A stretch of 64,000 nucleotides of DNA from Tubiluchus corallicola (Eukaryota > Animalia > Priapulida): contig JAQGDQ010000063.1 of the NCBI GenBank assembly GCA_030141605.1, positions 248,001 through 312,000 on the forward strand, written 5' to 3'. Position numbers and translations under genes: made by a program. A model generated the notes under the pieces. It saw nothing but the letters and a program-made list of their open reading frames with translations, ran no database searches and was not told where the DNA came from. Of this stretch, positions 13,107 to 25,109 are shown one piece after another (within the stretch, counting starts at the first letter, position 1; each line of letters starts with the position of its first letter).

Positions 13107-13204
13107 CTAAAAAACTGGTATGTTGTCGTCATCCGATTTATTAATCGTGGAACTGGGCAGCAAAATATATACGGTCAAAACAGCTACCTACATAATCAAC
13201 TAAC

Positions 13205-13402
13205 CTTAGGTGACGTTATCATGGTTGTAGCAGATGCGAATGCATCTGTCGAAGGAGCCGATATGGGAATATTCTGTTTCATGTCATCCATTTGTGAAGG
13301 TGGGGGACTAGAATCCAAGTTGTTTTCTCTGTATTCAACTGGAAGTTCAAAGCTACATTTCAACTTGCTGTCCATCAGCTGATCTGGATTTGCCTCTTTC
13401 CA
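13205..13402 (-). CDS. VAP: VAP exon 4: end of MSP domain and linker
   Basis: ttttttag|TGG acceptor, AAG|gttagt donor, 198 nt, phase 0-0. WKEANPDQLMDSKLKCSFELP matches the VAP MSP C-terminus. Confidence 0.93.
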
Positions 13403-13984
13403 CTAAAAAAACATAAAAATCGACAATTACAGTACCAGAGTCTTTATTATTTGACCCACTTTGGAAGACGATAAACTTTCTTATGATTTACCAGACACAG
13501 TTAAATTCCAAGCTTCATCACCAAAGTTTTTCTAGGACCAGCATTGATGGTGTTTACTTTCACACGTGGTGAAGCGTAAATTTCAGTAATTTAGCAAAAA
13601 GTGGGTCTAAGATACAATAAAAGTTAAAAACTACACCAACACTGTAAAAGTTTAAACAGGTTTTGGTTGAACGCAACCATCTTCATAGTCGAGAAACAGT
13701 AAAATCCATTTTAAATTCAAATCACACTTTCTTGAATAACAACATTAACAAGCAGATATGTTTCGGTTGAATTCAAATCACCAAACTGTATCACAAAAGG
13801 TATAGCTTGTACAACTGCAGACAGTCATGCAAACTCAAAACCAGCTCAAAGTTTTGCATATAATGTATTATCCAAAGTTATAATGTATTATCCAAAGTTA
13901 TAGTTTACATAAAAACTAATTAAGAAATTATTATAAAGGTTAAGAAAAGGTACTAAGTAATTCGGTATTTATTTAATAACATAC

Positions 13985-14088
13985 CACAGTTTCCATATCT
14001 GGATGTTCACTAGGAGCAAACAGTGACTGCACCATAAACTTGTGCTTATTTTTCTCCGCTGGATCATAATCAAACGGTTGTAGCATGA
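13985..14088 (-). CDS. VAP: VAP exon 3 (MSP domain)
   Basis: atttag|TC acceptor, GTG|gtatgt donor, 104 nt. Encodes [26 protein letters not shown]. Confidence 0.95.
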
Positions 14089-14334
14089 CTAAATAAACAT
14101 ATCATTCATTACTCAATGTACCAGAATTAAAAATTATACAATTAGCTATTATTGCAACAATTAGTCAACAAAGTAACAGGACTACATAAGCACTAGAGAA
14201 GGAGTGAACTTTTTAATAGATGGATCAGATGCAACCAGATTGCTGGATCATAGACTCAGTTAAGCAGCAAATCAGAAATGCTCTGTACTGACTCACTATG
14301 GCAAAAACACATCACATGATGTCAAACAGAAATT

Positions 14335-14660
14335 GATTTGACAAGCCAAAGAGGTTTGTTACAACAGTGGACATGATTTGATCAGCCACAGGTTTATTAC
14401 AACAGTGGACATGATTGATCAGCCGGACATTTGTCACAACAGTGGACATGATTTGACGTGACAAGCCGAAGAGGTTTGTTACAAAAGTGGACATGATTTG
14501 ACAAGCCAAAGAGGTTTGTTACAACAGTGGACATTATTGATCAGCCAGATGTTTGTTACAACAATGGACATGATTTGACAAGCCGAAGAGGTTTGCTACA
14601 ACTATGAACATAATTTGACAAGCCGAAGAGGTTTGTTACAACAGTGGACATGATTGACCA
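14335..14660. repeat. Minisatellite, ~37-40 bp unit, ~8 copies, in VAP intron 2
   Basis: Unit GACAAGCCGAAGAGGTTTGTTACAACAGTGGACATGATTT, interspersed with a shorter GATCAGCC variant. Confidence 0.9.
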
Positions 14661-15348
14661 GCCTGCAAATGCCAGCAAAATAACAGACTTTTGTTTAACA
14701 GACAAACTTCCATGCTGTATTCCCAAGATGCATAACAAATCAAAAGCTGAAAAATAAAAATTTCAAAACAGCGAGAAATGGAGGCAAAAGTGCATATAAA
14801 ACATTGAAATTAACTTTTTACAGCTTTACGTTCTCGTCTTTTTGCAGTCGTCATACACGCTGCCCAATAAAATTGCAGAAAAAACAATGTTTGACAGCTT
14901 TTTTAAAAACAGCCAGACACGATAAAAATTGTGTAAAAGTCCGTGTGGATTAGATCCATTTGAAGATCTAATCTACAAGGCGATTAGGCTTACATCAAGT
15001 TAGTTGTTAAAATTTCTGCTTAATTTAATAAGGTGTGGCGACAATATTTTGCCAAATTCGACAAAGAATTGGTCTAGCAAATTAAAGATCGGTTGCTTTT
15101 ATAACAAATATACAAGAATTTAACACGTTTCCTTTATGTTTGACCTCGTAGATTGGAAAATCCTTCAGCTCAATTATACACATTCAGCAAATGAGTCTGT
15201 TCATTTGAAAAAAACAATATTTATCAAAATTATGATGTTGCTAAGGACAGGTAAGGTGATCACTGATCAGTGGCATGTATCGCAAACATTAGTTATTAAA
15301 AGTAAAGCTAAATATGCATGCGAAAAGTAAAATTATGGCATAATTTAC

Positions 15349-15501
15349 CTGATATTATAACAGTGCTTTTTCCATCAATCACACCACTGTTTGGGCGAAC
15401 ACAATAGCGCTTTGGTGCAGTAGTTTTTACTTTAAAACACACTTTTTTGTCCGTGGGGTTCGACAACTTCAAATTTGTAGTTACAACATCATTGAATGGT
15501 C
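15349..15501 (-). CDS. VAP: VAP exon 2 (MSP domain, VAP consensus)
   Basis: gcttttag|GA acceptor, CAG|gtaaat donor, 153 nt, phase 1-1. Contains [18 protein letters not shown], the invariant VAP signature. Confidence 0.97.
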
Positions 15502-18500
15502 CTAAAAGCACATACATATTGTTAATATTCTATATCAACTATAACATGAGCTGGCACCAGGCACAAAGGCTATACATGAATAATGGAGAAAAAGCATCCT
15601 AAAACAATTCTGTGTAAGGTCGCAATCAGTACCAGTCCTCTTCTCCTAAAATTCTTCTGATCTGATGTGTATCCTAGTCTTTGGCTATAAATAAAATCAA
15701 TTGAATCTTTCCTAAAATTTCTTTGTGTCTGACTGGCTTCACTGTACACTACTGTATTTGTAATATCTCTTTTTCAATGAAATAATGGTTGAAGTATGTG
15801 TTTGACACATAACTGGTCTGAGATAGCAAATAGGTTGTACATTCTGGTTAGTTATTTCAGTAAATCACTAAAAAGATTGAATAATATTAATATTGAGATG
15901 GTTAAGCTCTTTAACTAACCCTTTAAATGTTATTAACTGTGGTCAGTTAACTGTTTAACTGTTCTCGATGAAGTCATACATATGACAAAATATCGAATAC
16001 ACATGACAAACTAAAATGAAGAAATTGCCTAACTCCAACCGCATTATCAGAGAAATGCACTAAACTTAGTGAAAAAACACCTGCGGTGCAATTGCCCCTC
16101 CGAATCACGTCATGTTTATTCATATATCATTGGTTGTACATAAATTAGATGCTTTCAGAGTCTGCCATTTTGGGATCACCACGTGAGCAAACTCCGAACA
16201 ACAAACAACATTTTGCCAGGGTGGCACTACGATCATGCACAGTAAGAGAAAATACTGGAATTTCTTTTTAAAGGGTTTTGAAAGTCACATGGAGATCACA
16301 TATTGTCAGTTTAAACATGCGTGTTTGCAAGATAATTGTGGAAAAATTGTTACACCAGTTAGCAGTCGGTTAAACGTTTAAACAGATAAGCGTCTCAACC
16401 TTGCATTTCTTGTTACTTACAACTTGACCTTATTTGCAGTCTGACAACGGGTTGTTTTAGTTACCAGAAACATTACTCTGTGCCCAGTCAAAATAAAAGA
16501 TGCCATATACAACCACAGTTATGATATTAAGTCTATCATTCCGAAACAGTAATATTCTTTATACTATAGTCGGATACCAATTCAACATTCATCTTGAGCC
16601 CACAATTGTCCACGCATACTTTTTAATGTTTATGCAATACGTATTTTTATATAATGTAGCCCAAAAAATGCCACTGGCCACTGAATGTACTGGCCTGACT
16701 ACAAGTGTAATTTAGGCAACAAACGAACATCCGTAAGCCCACTTAAGGATTATCAGAATTAAATCCCACATATATAGTAGGATACAAGCTTCATTTTTTT
16801 GCATTTTAGGATCAAGGACCTTTCAGCTATAGTCCAGAACCATTCAGGATCTCTCTCAAGTGTTTAGCACAATGTTAGCTGCCACTATCCAGTGGAGTTA
16901 CTTGACAACTACTATACAAAGTAGTATCGTCAACATAGATAGGTAGACAGTTCTAATCTAATACAATCTAATAGATGAATAGCAGAAAGGGCAGTAGGTG
17001 CTACAGAACCTTGAGGAACAAGAACATTGATCTCTCATGCAGAAAAAACTGTCTTTGTAAACAGCTTCTAATTGTTGAGATGTGAAAATATTATATTGTA
17101 CTGCGACCTAAGCCATATGACAGTTAGCTGAGTAGATGCTTATGTTAAATCTTGAACATATCAAACTTGGCTTCACACACTAACACACCAGTTAGGTCAT
17201 TAATATACTAGATAAGTATTTAAGTATATCAGCAATGGCACAAAAATTGTCATGACCAAAAGAAAATCATTCATTATTATACAAAAAGTTAAGTAAATGC
17301 TTATATAGCTTCAAAGATTTTGTTGCTGATGATAATAAACCCATAATCCGAGCCGTCTAATCTGTCATTGGAGCCTATACTTATATAGTGTACTTTCCCA
17401 AGTACCCATACCCATGTCAGCCCTAATCGTAATCGTAATGCAAATGAGTTGATTGGGCCAATGGAGATTTTCAAGTTTCAGTTTTTCACTTCAATTCAAT
17501 TCAACTATTATTTTAACTATTATTGATCTAATTTTGACCTACTCTTTATAAACCAAGAACACATCATAAAACAGGATATGCTGACTTCTATGCATGTAAA
17601 ATACCTAGGTTTGGAAAACTCTATCATGTAATGTGAGGCTTGCAAGACCTTTGAATTCAATTCAAGGAACGACTAGATGAACATTATATTGATCATCCCC
17701 TTAAATGTGATCCAAAAGCTTCTACTTCACTTCCGCCTAGTTATTTCTGAGAGCGCTTTGCATACAGATAATCTATTTAATGTGTGTTCTTCATTTCTAT
17801 GTAATTTTAAAGTGTTATTCTTTGTTTCTAATTTGTCTTTAGTTATATTTCGGTTAGACATCTATTTCACTGAATTTTCACACAGTTTGAAAAAAATTCA
17901 GCATTATTCTTATTGTTCATCGCTGACCCCCTTTCCTTTTTTTTTACTGGAGTTATACCTTGTTCAACGAATCAACAATTTACGTAGTTCGATATTGCTA
18001 TAGTTTTTTTCTCTTTGGTTATTCCTACGAATTCATTCTCTTGAGTTAAATTTAAATTTTTTGTTTTTTTTTGCTAATTTAAATATTGTTTCATACCATT
18101 TGCCATATTTATCTATTTATGTTGCCACTTAATTACAACCTCATTTGAATTCATTATGTTAATTTCTAGCTAGTTATCATCTTTCTTTTTCTTTTTAAAA
18201 TATTGAATATTATTTCCTTGTCAGGTCATATAATTTCCTTTAAATTTGGATGGAGGTGCTTGGCTTGGCGATGATTTGTAATTCTCATGGCTTGACACTG
18301 CTTTTTTCTTTGGTTCCCTGTTGGACTGAGTTTCTTGATTTATATGCAACTTTTAGTTTTGTTTTTTGTTGAGTTGGACTTGGTCTCTTGATTTTAATTT
18401 AAATTTTCTGTTTTGCTTGCTAATTTATATTTTGCCTTTTCTTATTGCCAAATTTATTTATTGTTTCTAAATTTAAACTCATTTGAACTTGTTGCCTCAT

Positions 18501-18907
18501 TTTTTTGTTAAGCAGCTGATTATTTTCATTTGCACACACCTTACTTGACAGGTCACTTAATTCACTTCAATTTGGATAGTGGTGGGTGAAATGGTGACCC
18601 TTGGTCTTTTCGCCACCCCATCTCTTTTCCATCTTTATTTTAGTTTTTTGCTTTTGTTCATTTTGTAAAATTTGGAGACAAATAAATTATTTACTTACTT
18701 ATCAATAATTGTTTTTGTATGTTTTGTGTGCCGCTGAGGTTTTGTGCCTATTGTTTGGTCTCCTATGAACTTCTATAGTTCTCTGAACTACTCGGAATAA
18801 ATATACTACTTGTACTACTAATAAAGTTGAAGTTGAATTGAATCAAGCTTCAGATGACCAGCTATAATCATGACGACTTTTTATATACCCAGCTCATTAC
18901 TACTCAC

Positions 18908-18968
18908 CGCGAAATTTCATTTCAAACGGTGGATCAAGCTGTAATACTTGCTCAGCTTTTCCCGACAT
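18908..18968 (-). CDS. VAP: VAP exon 1 coding part
   Basis: ATG at 18968. Encodes MSGKAEQVLQLDPPFEMKFR(G), with G|gtgagt donor in phase 1 matching exon 2. Confidence 0.93.
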
Positions 18969-19185
18969 TGTTTTTCTTTTAGATGAATTTCTAAATAAAC
19001 TGAAATTCCGATCCCAAATAAATTTCAGCAAGTCGGCAAGAGCGCAAGACGGCAAACTCGACGAAATAAGCAAAAGTGCCTATGTTGAAAATTTTGTTCT
19101 TAGCAGTTTTCTTTTTAAACACGTTTGTATGAGAGCCAAGCTGTCATTAACCTGACCAGCAGCAGCGATTAAAGCGTAAAGGCAC

Positions 19186-20356
19186 TAGGGTGAGTATCGA
19201 ACGTTATCTTAGTTCGAATTCGATTCGATCCTGAAATTATAGATTGGAAGAGTTCAGCATTTCAGTCACGTACATTGTTTATCATTAAAATGTTTGAAAC
19301 AGCAAGTTGAGTGTCAAAAGGATCTTGGGGGTATATGTGGATAACAAGCTGACATTTAGCCAACATATTGATGAAGTCACCAAGAAAGCAAGAAAGAGGT
19401 TTGGCTAATTAGAAGAACTTTCAGTTTCCCAGATATCCTGATGTTTATGATTTTATACGAATCATTTCTCAGTCCTATCCTTGACTACGGAGATGTCATA
19501 AATTATGGAATCCATCCATACTGAATGCAATAAGGACAAGTGAAATATGTACAACATACAGCTACAAGATTAGTTCCTGCCATGAATCATCTGACGTATT
19601 CAGAACGGATGAGGAATTTGAAACTTCCCTCATTGAGATTTCGAAGGAAGAGAGGTGAGTAAATCCTGATGTTTCATATCAAGAACAATCTGACTAAAAC
19701 TGGTCGCTTTTTTTGCTAATAATCTACGAGTACTGGATATAAAGTTATTAAGCCCAGATGCAGAAACAGGAATAGGTTCATATTCAGGACTGTCAATGAT
19801 TGGAATTCATTAAATACTAAAGTATGGTGTGCCACTAATGCTTCATGCTTTAAGACACAACTGGATCAGTATTGGAAAGACCATCCTGAAATGTATCACG
19901 ACCCATTTCAGCTTGAATGGACTTTATTGGCGGAGAATTAGAGACTCCCACCTGACTCTACACCACAATGGCAGTTATTATAGTATTAACAGTTACAGTG
20001 TTTAACCGGATCCACAACGTTATGTATACAAGTAAGTATTGCAACCATGGGCAAAAAGTTATTAGCTTCGCCCTGATCATCGAAGGTAAGCCTGCAATTA
20101 GTGCAATTTAGTTGCAGTTTCTGCAAAATTTTCAAAAAACTTATAGTGGTTTTACTGCAGTACAAAATAAAATAATATGCATGTTCTTTGTGAGTCTACT
20201 TCTTACTAGTGGTTCGAAAACTTGTTCGAAAATCTTTCAAACTCATCAGAATTTGTTTTCGGATTCGAAATACTGAAATTCGGTTCAAATTGAATACGAA
20301 AGTCACAGATTTAATTCGATTTGAATTTGCTTTCTGGTGGAGAATGCTCACCCCTA
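19186..20356. mobile_element. hAT-like MITE upstream of VAP, interrupted by a CR1 fragment
   Basis: Ends TAGGGTGAGTA / TGCTCACCCCTA with TTCGAA-rich subterminal repeats. 8-bp TSD AAAGGCAC (19178-19185) / AATGGCAC (20357-20364). Homologous copy in the opposite orientation at 50787-51145. Confidence 0.75.
19270..20040 (+). mobile_element. CR1-type LINE 3' fragment (decayed RT C-terminus)
   Basis: KDLGVYVDNKLTFSQHIDEV, LIRRTF, SPILDYGDV and ATRLVPAMNHLTYSERMRNLKLPSLRFRRKRG, with stops and frameshifts. Boundaries approximate. Confidence 0.8.
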
Positions 20357-20559
20357 AATGGCACTCCAGCAGGTTATCCTGAAATCTTGAGGTCTTGAAC
20401 AATATACTTCTAAGAAGTCCTTAACGACACTAGAAGTGTTGGGTGCGTATGGTTGTATAAATGCTGAGAAAAACAACTCGCTAATTTGTGATGGTATTAG
20501 AGGTGAAACAGGGAGATCAAACATGGTGTTTATATGGGCCAAAACATGGTTATATTTAC

Positions 20560-21560
20560 AGACAGGTCAGGTGGGGAGCACCGTCATGGTAGAAACAGCT
20601 GAGCTAGGGTGCCAATGCTCTGAAATGATCTCTAGAAGTGATTTCTCTGATAGATCTATCTGGTAGAAGTTTGTTCCACAAGCATATTGCTCTGGGATAG
20701 AAGGTGTATAAGTAAAATTTTAGTATTAACTCTTGTTGCTGATTGAACAAATTTCCGGGCAACCTTGAGTGATGGAGTGATATAAGTTGGTGAATTGATG
20801 CCTCTCCTGTGATGCACTATATCATGAGAGATGTTTAGTATTGCTTGTCGGCGTTACTGTTTTTCTACAAGTTTGGATATTATCTTAGACCCTTCAGCAT
20901 TTTGAAATAGCATTTCGCACAAATCACTCTGCATTTCACTGAACTTGCTCGATGTGTTTGATGCCAGTAATTGTGTATGTGTTCCAGGGTCCGATAGCAT
21001 ATTCTAACTTGGGTCTGACGAGGGCTTCGTATGCTCTTTTTTTGACTTGTTGATGACATGAGTGTGGCATCCTGCAAATAACATTGTGTCCTTGTTGCAT
21101 AAGTGGCAATTTCATAGTAGCGCTCACTCCCATGAAGATTGGTGCTGATGGTAAGGCCCAGGTATGAATATGAAGAAAAAAGCTCTGGGATTTTATCGCC
21201 CATGCTGTAAGGAAAGTGAGATGGGTTTTTCTTTTGAAAAATAGGTAAGATTTTGCATTAATTTTATCAATGTTAAAGTCCATAAGCCAATTTTTCCCCG
21301 ATAGTTGTAGCTGTGAGAGATCATGTTGTAGAATGTGGTGATCTTGATTACTCCATATAGGTCTATAGAGAATGGAGTCGTCAGCAAATGGTCGGATATT
21401 TGACGATATCTTGTCACCAATGTCATTTATATAGAGGAGGAATAAAGCCGGTCCAAGAACTGAGCCTTGTGGGACCTAATGTAACATTAAATTGATTTGG
21501 AGTGTATATCAATGATGGAGACCTTCTGCGTCCGATCAGAGATGTCCAGTTGTGTACGGC
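20560..21560 (-). mobile_element. CR1/L2-group LINE fragment (decayed RT)
   Basis: VPQGSVLGPALFLLYINDI...IRPFADDSILYR, YSYLGLTIS and AYEALVRPKLEYA..WN..IEQVQ, spread over several frames. Boundaries approximate. Confidence 0.82.
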
Positions 21561-22149
21561 TTCTATCAGCTGAATTGAACATGAGAAGCACAAACGATCC
21601 CCTTAATGTTATAATTGGTACCTGTTTGCAAAACTAGTGCAAAACTTCTGTGATGCACCATCATCTCATAGCAAACCTTGAAGAAATTCAATCCATAATG
21701 CATTACTATTTAAACAACTAGCTTTGCAAACTTTGTGCTGAATCTTCCGGATTCACAACTTAAAAATTTTAATTCATCGATTCACTAGTACCAACTCCAT
21801 TCATTTCGTAGCACAGATTTCCATAATACGGCTATGTCTGTAGTGCTCCTATGTTATTGCTATATTATGCATCTCAACGTCTAACGTATTCCTTTTCTCA
21901 GATATCCGTTATTTGTAATTTCCTTCTTTCACATTCAAATTGATGTTCTAGTTTTTTGCATCACTTTTTAGTTATGGCATTATAAATAAAAATAAATAAG
22001 TTTTATAGTTCTATTCTTGTACAATTCTGGAAAAAGATGCTTTTGTAACCTGCTGCCATTCTGTTTATAAATAGGAAGCAATGTGATCCGCATCTCCATT
22101 CAGCTATACATGTTTCGCAATTACGATTGCTTTGTTATTTTGTGTCCAC

Positions 22150-23130
22150 CGTGTTGATTACGGGTTTTTGCATTATATTCCTACATCATTCGTGAAAACT
22201 TAGATGGAAACCTCATATAAACACAATGAATCAAAAAATTGCAAAAAAAACTTGGAATAATTTCATTTATCAAAAATAAACTATATAAATTTCATTTATT
22301 ATCTTCATATAATACATTTTGCCTTACTTAACTTGTTGTATATTATGGGGCAGAACTTATCCAACGAACTTGGTTATCTTAAACAGACATTAAAATCAAT
22401 TTCTCCGTATATACAACTGCAACTAAATCACTATTCGAAATAGTCATATTTTAATTTCAGAAGACATATACCCAAAATACATTTGGTTTACTTCCAATTA
22501 CTTATATTTATCCAGTGTTACGTAGTCAAACACAAATATAACACACATTTGATTGTATCTTATATACCCTACTGTAGAACGAATCTTGGTAGACACTTTC
22601 TTAAATTCACTGCTGCTTTACAATGGGACAATATGCTTACAAACATTAGAAGCAGCATATCTATAAAAAATAATGTTTTTAAAAAATCTTTGAAGCATAA
22701 AAATTTCTGTTTCATGTCTAATGGTGGATAATTCATTTGGGTGGCGATTCGTATCACAAGTATAGCGTCCACGGACGGTTTCTTGTCAAAAAAACAGATG
22801 CAGCTAATCTGAACATGATCATTGTTTTCTTTTGACTTCTTTCTTTCTGTTTTCTTTATACTAACTAACTATACTAGCTCTCCCTTACTCTCCTCTTCTT
22901 TTATCATCTTCATTTGTTAATTATTTATTTCTCATTAATTTCGTGGTGAAAACAAGGTTCCCTTTATAGCTACCATGTGGCAAACTTCAACACTTTAGTT
23001 TAGTACGTTTAAGGAATCAGAAATAATTCTATTATTATTATTTTTTTCAATTTTACAGAAAAAGTTGTAAATGTATTTGTATTATTGTGGTTTGCTTGTT
23101 TGCTAGTAAAATAAATGGAATTTGAATTTG
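22150..23130 (+). mobile_element. Highly decayed LINE 3' end (CR1-like)
   Basis: YCRTNLGRHFLKFTAALQWDNMLTNIR...FKKSLK-type terminus, ending in AATAAA plus an ATTTGA-like tail near 23110-23130. Confidence 0.5.
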
Positions 23131-23891
23131 CAGCCAACAACTCATTTTAGCGCGTCTTTCGTTTCAAACGATATTGTAACTTTATCAGCCCAAGTTCTGC
23201 GATTTCCTTATTCCGTTTTTCACATCTATTACGTTTTCAGTTGCTATGTTGATCAATAGGCCTACTCTCAATTTTTTTGCTGCTGTTATTAATTTTGTTA
23301 TTTTAATGTTTGTAATCACGTCATAATAATTCGTGTTGTACGACACACATGATAAATTGTTCAACATGGGCATGACAACATTTCAGTTTTGTATGTCTAA
23401 ACCTCAATATAATTTTTTCCTTTTGTCTTTTATATAGCCTCGTCGCAGTTAAGCCTCAAGAAGCCATAAATAAATATGTTATAATCCTGGTAAATGTGAA
23501 ACTATTGTGAACTCAAACATCTTCAAGTCAAAGCAAGTTCCATATAAAAAGGTGTCGCATGTTCCATGTCACAAACAAATGACATTTACCAATAGGAAAC
23601 TCGGTTGGATAGATAAATTGTGCATTTTGAATGATTGGTGGACTCTCTTTCATTGTCATAAACTGGAAAGGGCAGCCTAAAGTGTTTGGACGGGTTTCAT
23701 TTGTCAAGAGTCCTGCCGTCGTGATGTTAATTGTTTTACACAAAATGCCCAAAACAATTAGTGGCCAATCGGAGTAATTAAGAACCGTGAAGGGTAAGAA
23801 TAAAAAGGGTAAATATGAAAAGAGGTCCGAAAAATATTATTGGTTACTAACTTGCTAATGTTGGAGGAAATCCTGTCACTATAATACGAAC

Positions 23892-24041
<150 letters not shown>

Positions 24042-25109
24042 TATTCTTCACGAAATGCTCAAGGCTGTAGTTACTAAGGAAATAATATCCTAGTAAACAG
24101 TTCCACATATAAAAAGCCACACGAAAAAATGCTTTAAAATGCTTATGATCTGTTTTCAGGAATGTCCAAGAAAAAATATGAGCAGATGCAGAAAAACTCC
24201 GCGTAAACATCTGGAACCAAAGAAGAGACGTCCTTAAAGCACATGATTTCATCTATGTATCCTCCCTATCCAGTTAAGATTCTGGTCCTGCCACAATCAT
24301 TAACGTTAATAAGCTTTGCGTTTAGCGCTGGATGCTGATTTGAACTGACGTAGTTGGAATTCGCTTATCATATGTCAGGTCAGTTGGACCCATGCCGATA
24401 GGCTTTACCTGCCACGACTGGTTTTACTCTGTTTACCACAGATAACAGTATCGCTCACGCGTTGTGCAAACAACCATTACACGTTACTGACAAATTTCAC
24501 AGAATAAACAAGAAGCCATCTTATTGGCTAACCCACAAATGAGCAAACTAGTGCGTGTACTCAGGCAAGACCGTACCGTAAAGGAAAAATTTGGTTTATC
24601 ATAATACGTTTATCTACATAAATAAATCACGAAGTCATAATCTCGCCATGACACTTAATTACAATAAACGGTTGATGTAGGTGACCACTGTCTTAATTTT
24701 GATTTCTGTTCACTACTTCTTTGTGTGTGTTTCCTTTTGTAAAGGAGCTCAACCATCGTTCGTGATGCTGTCACATTTGGCATTTAGTCACATTCGCAGA
24801 AGATCGTGTCATAGCATTCGCAGCAGGTTATTACTGCACACTGGCAATGGTATTACAACTGCTGTTGTTAACTCATATAGACGTGTCAGCTCTTGTTTTT
24901 TTAAATGGAACGAAATATTATTGACATTTTTATTTATTATTTACATAATCATTTTTTTAAATTTATTTAGTTCTTAATTTGCTAACCAAGTATATTCATT
25001 TTAATATTGTATTTTTCATTTCATTGTATTTTGTTTCGTTTTAGTACTGTATTTTACATGGTCTTAGTTACCGGAATAAAATTAGCGTTTAATTGAATTG
25101 AATTGAAAG

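Noticed and set aside
20233-20250. CTGATGA-GTTT-GAAA on minus as a minimal hammerhead ribozyme
   Set aside because: No stem II or flanking helices, and it lies inside a DNA-transposon MITE.
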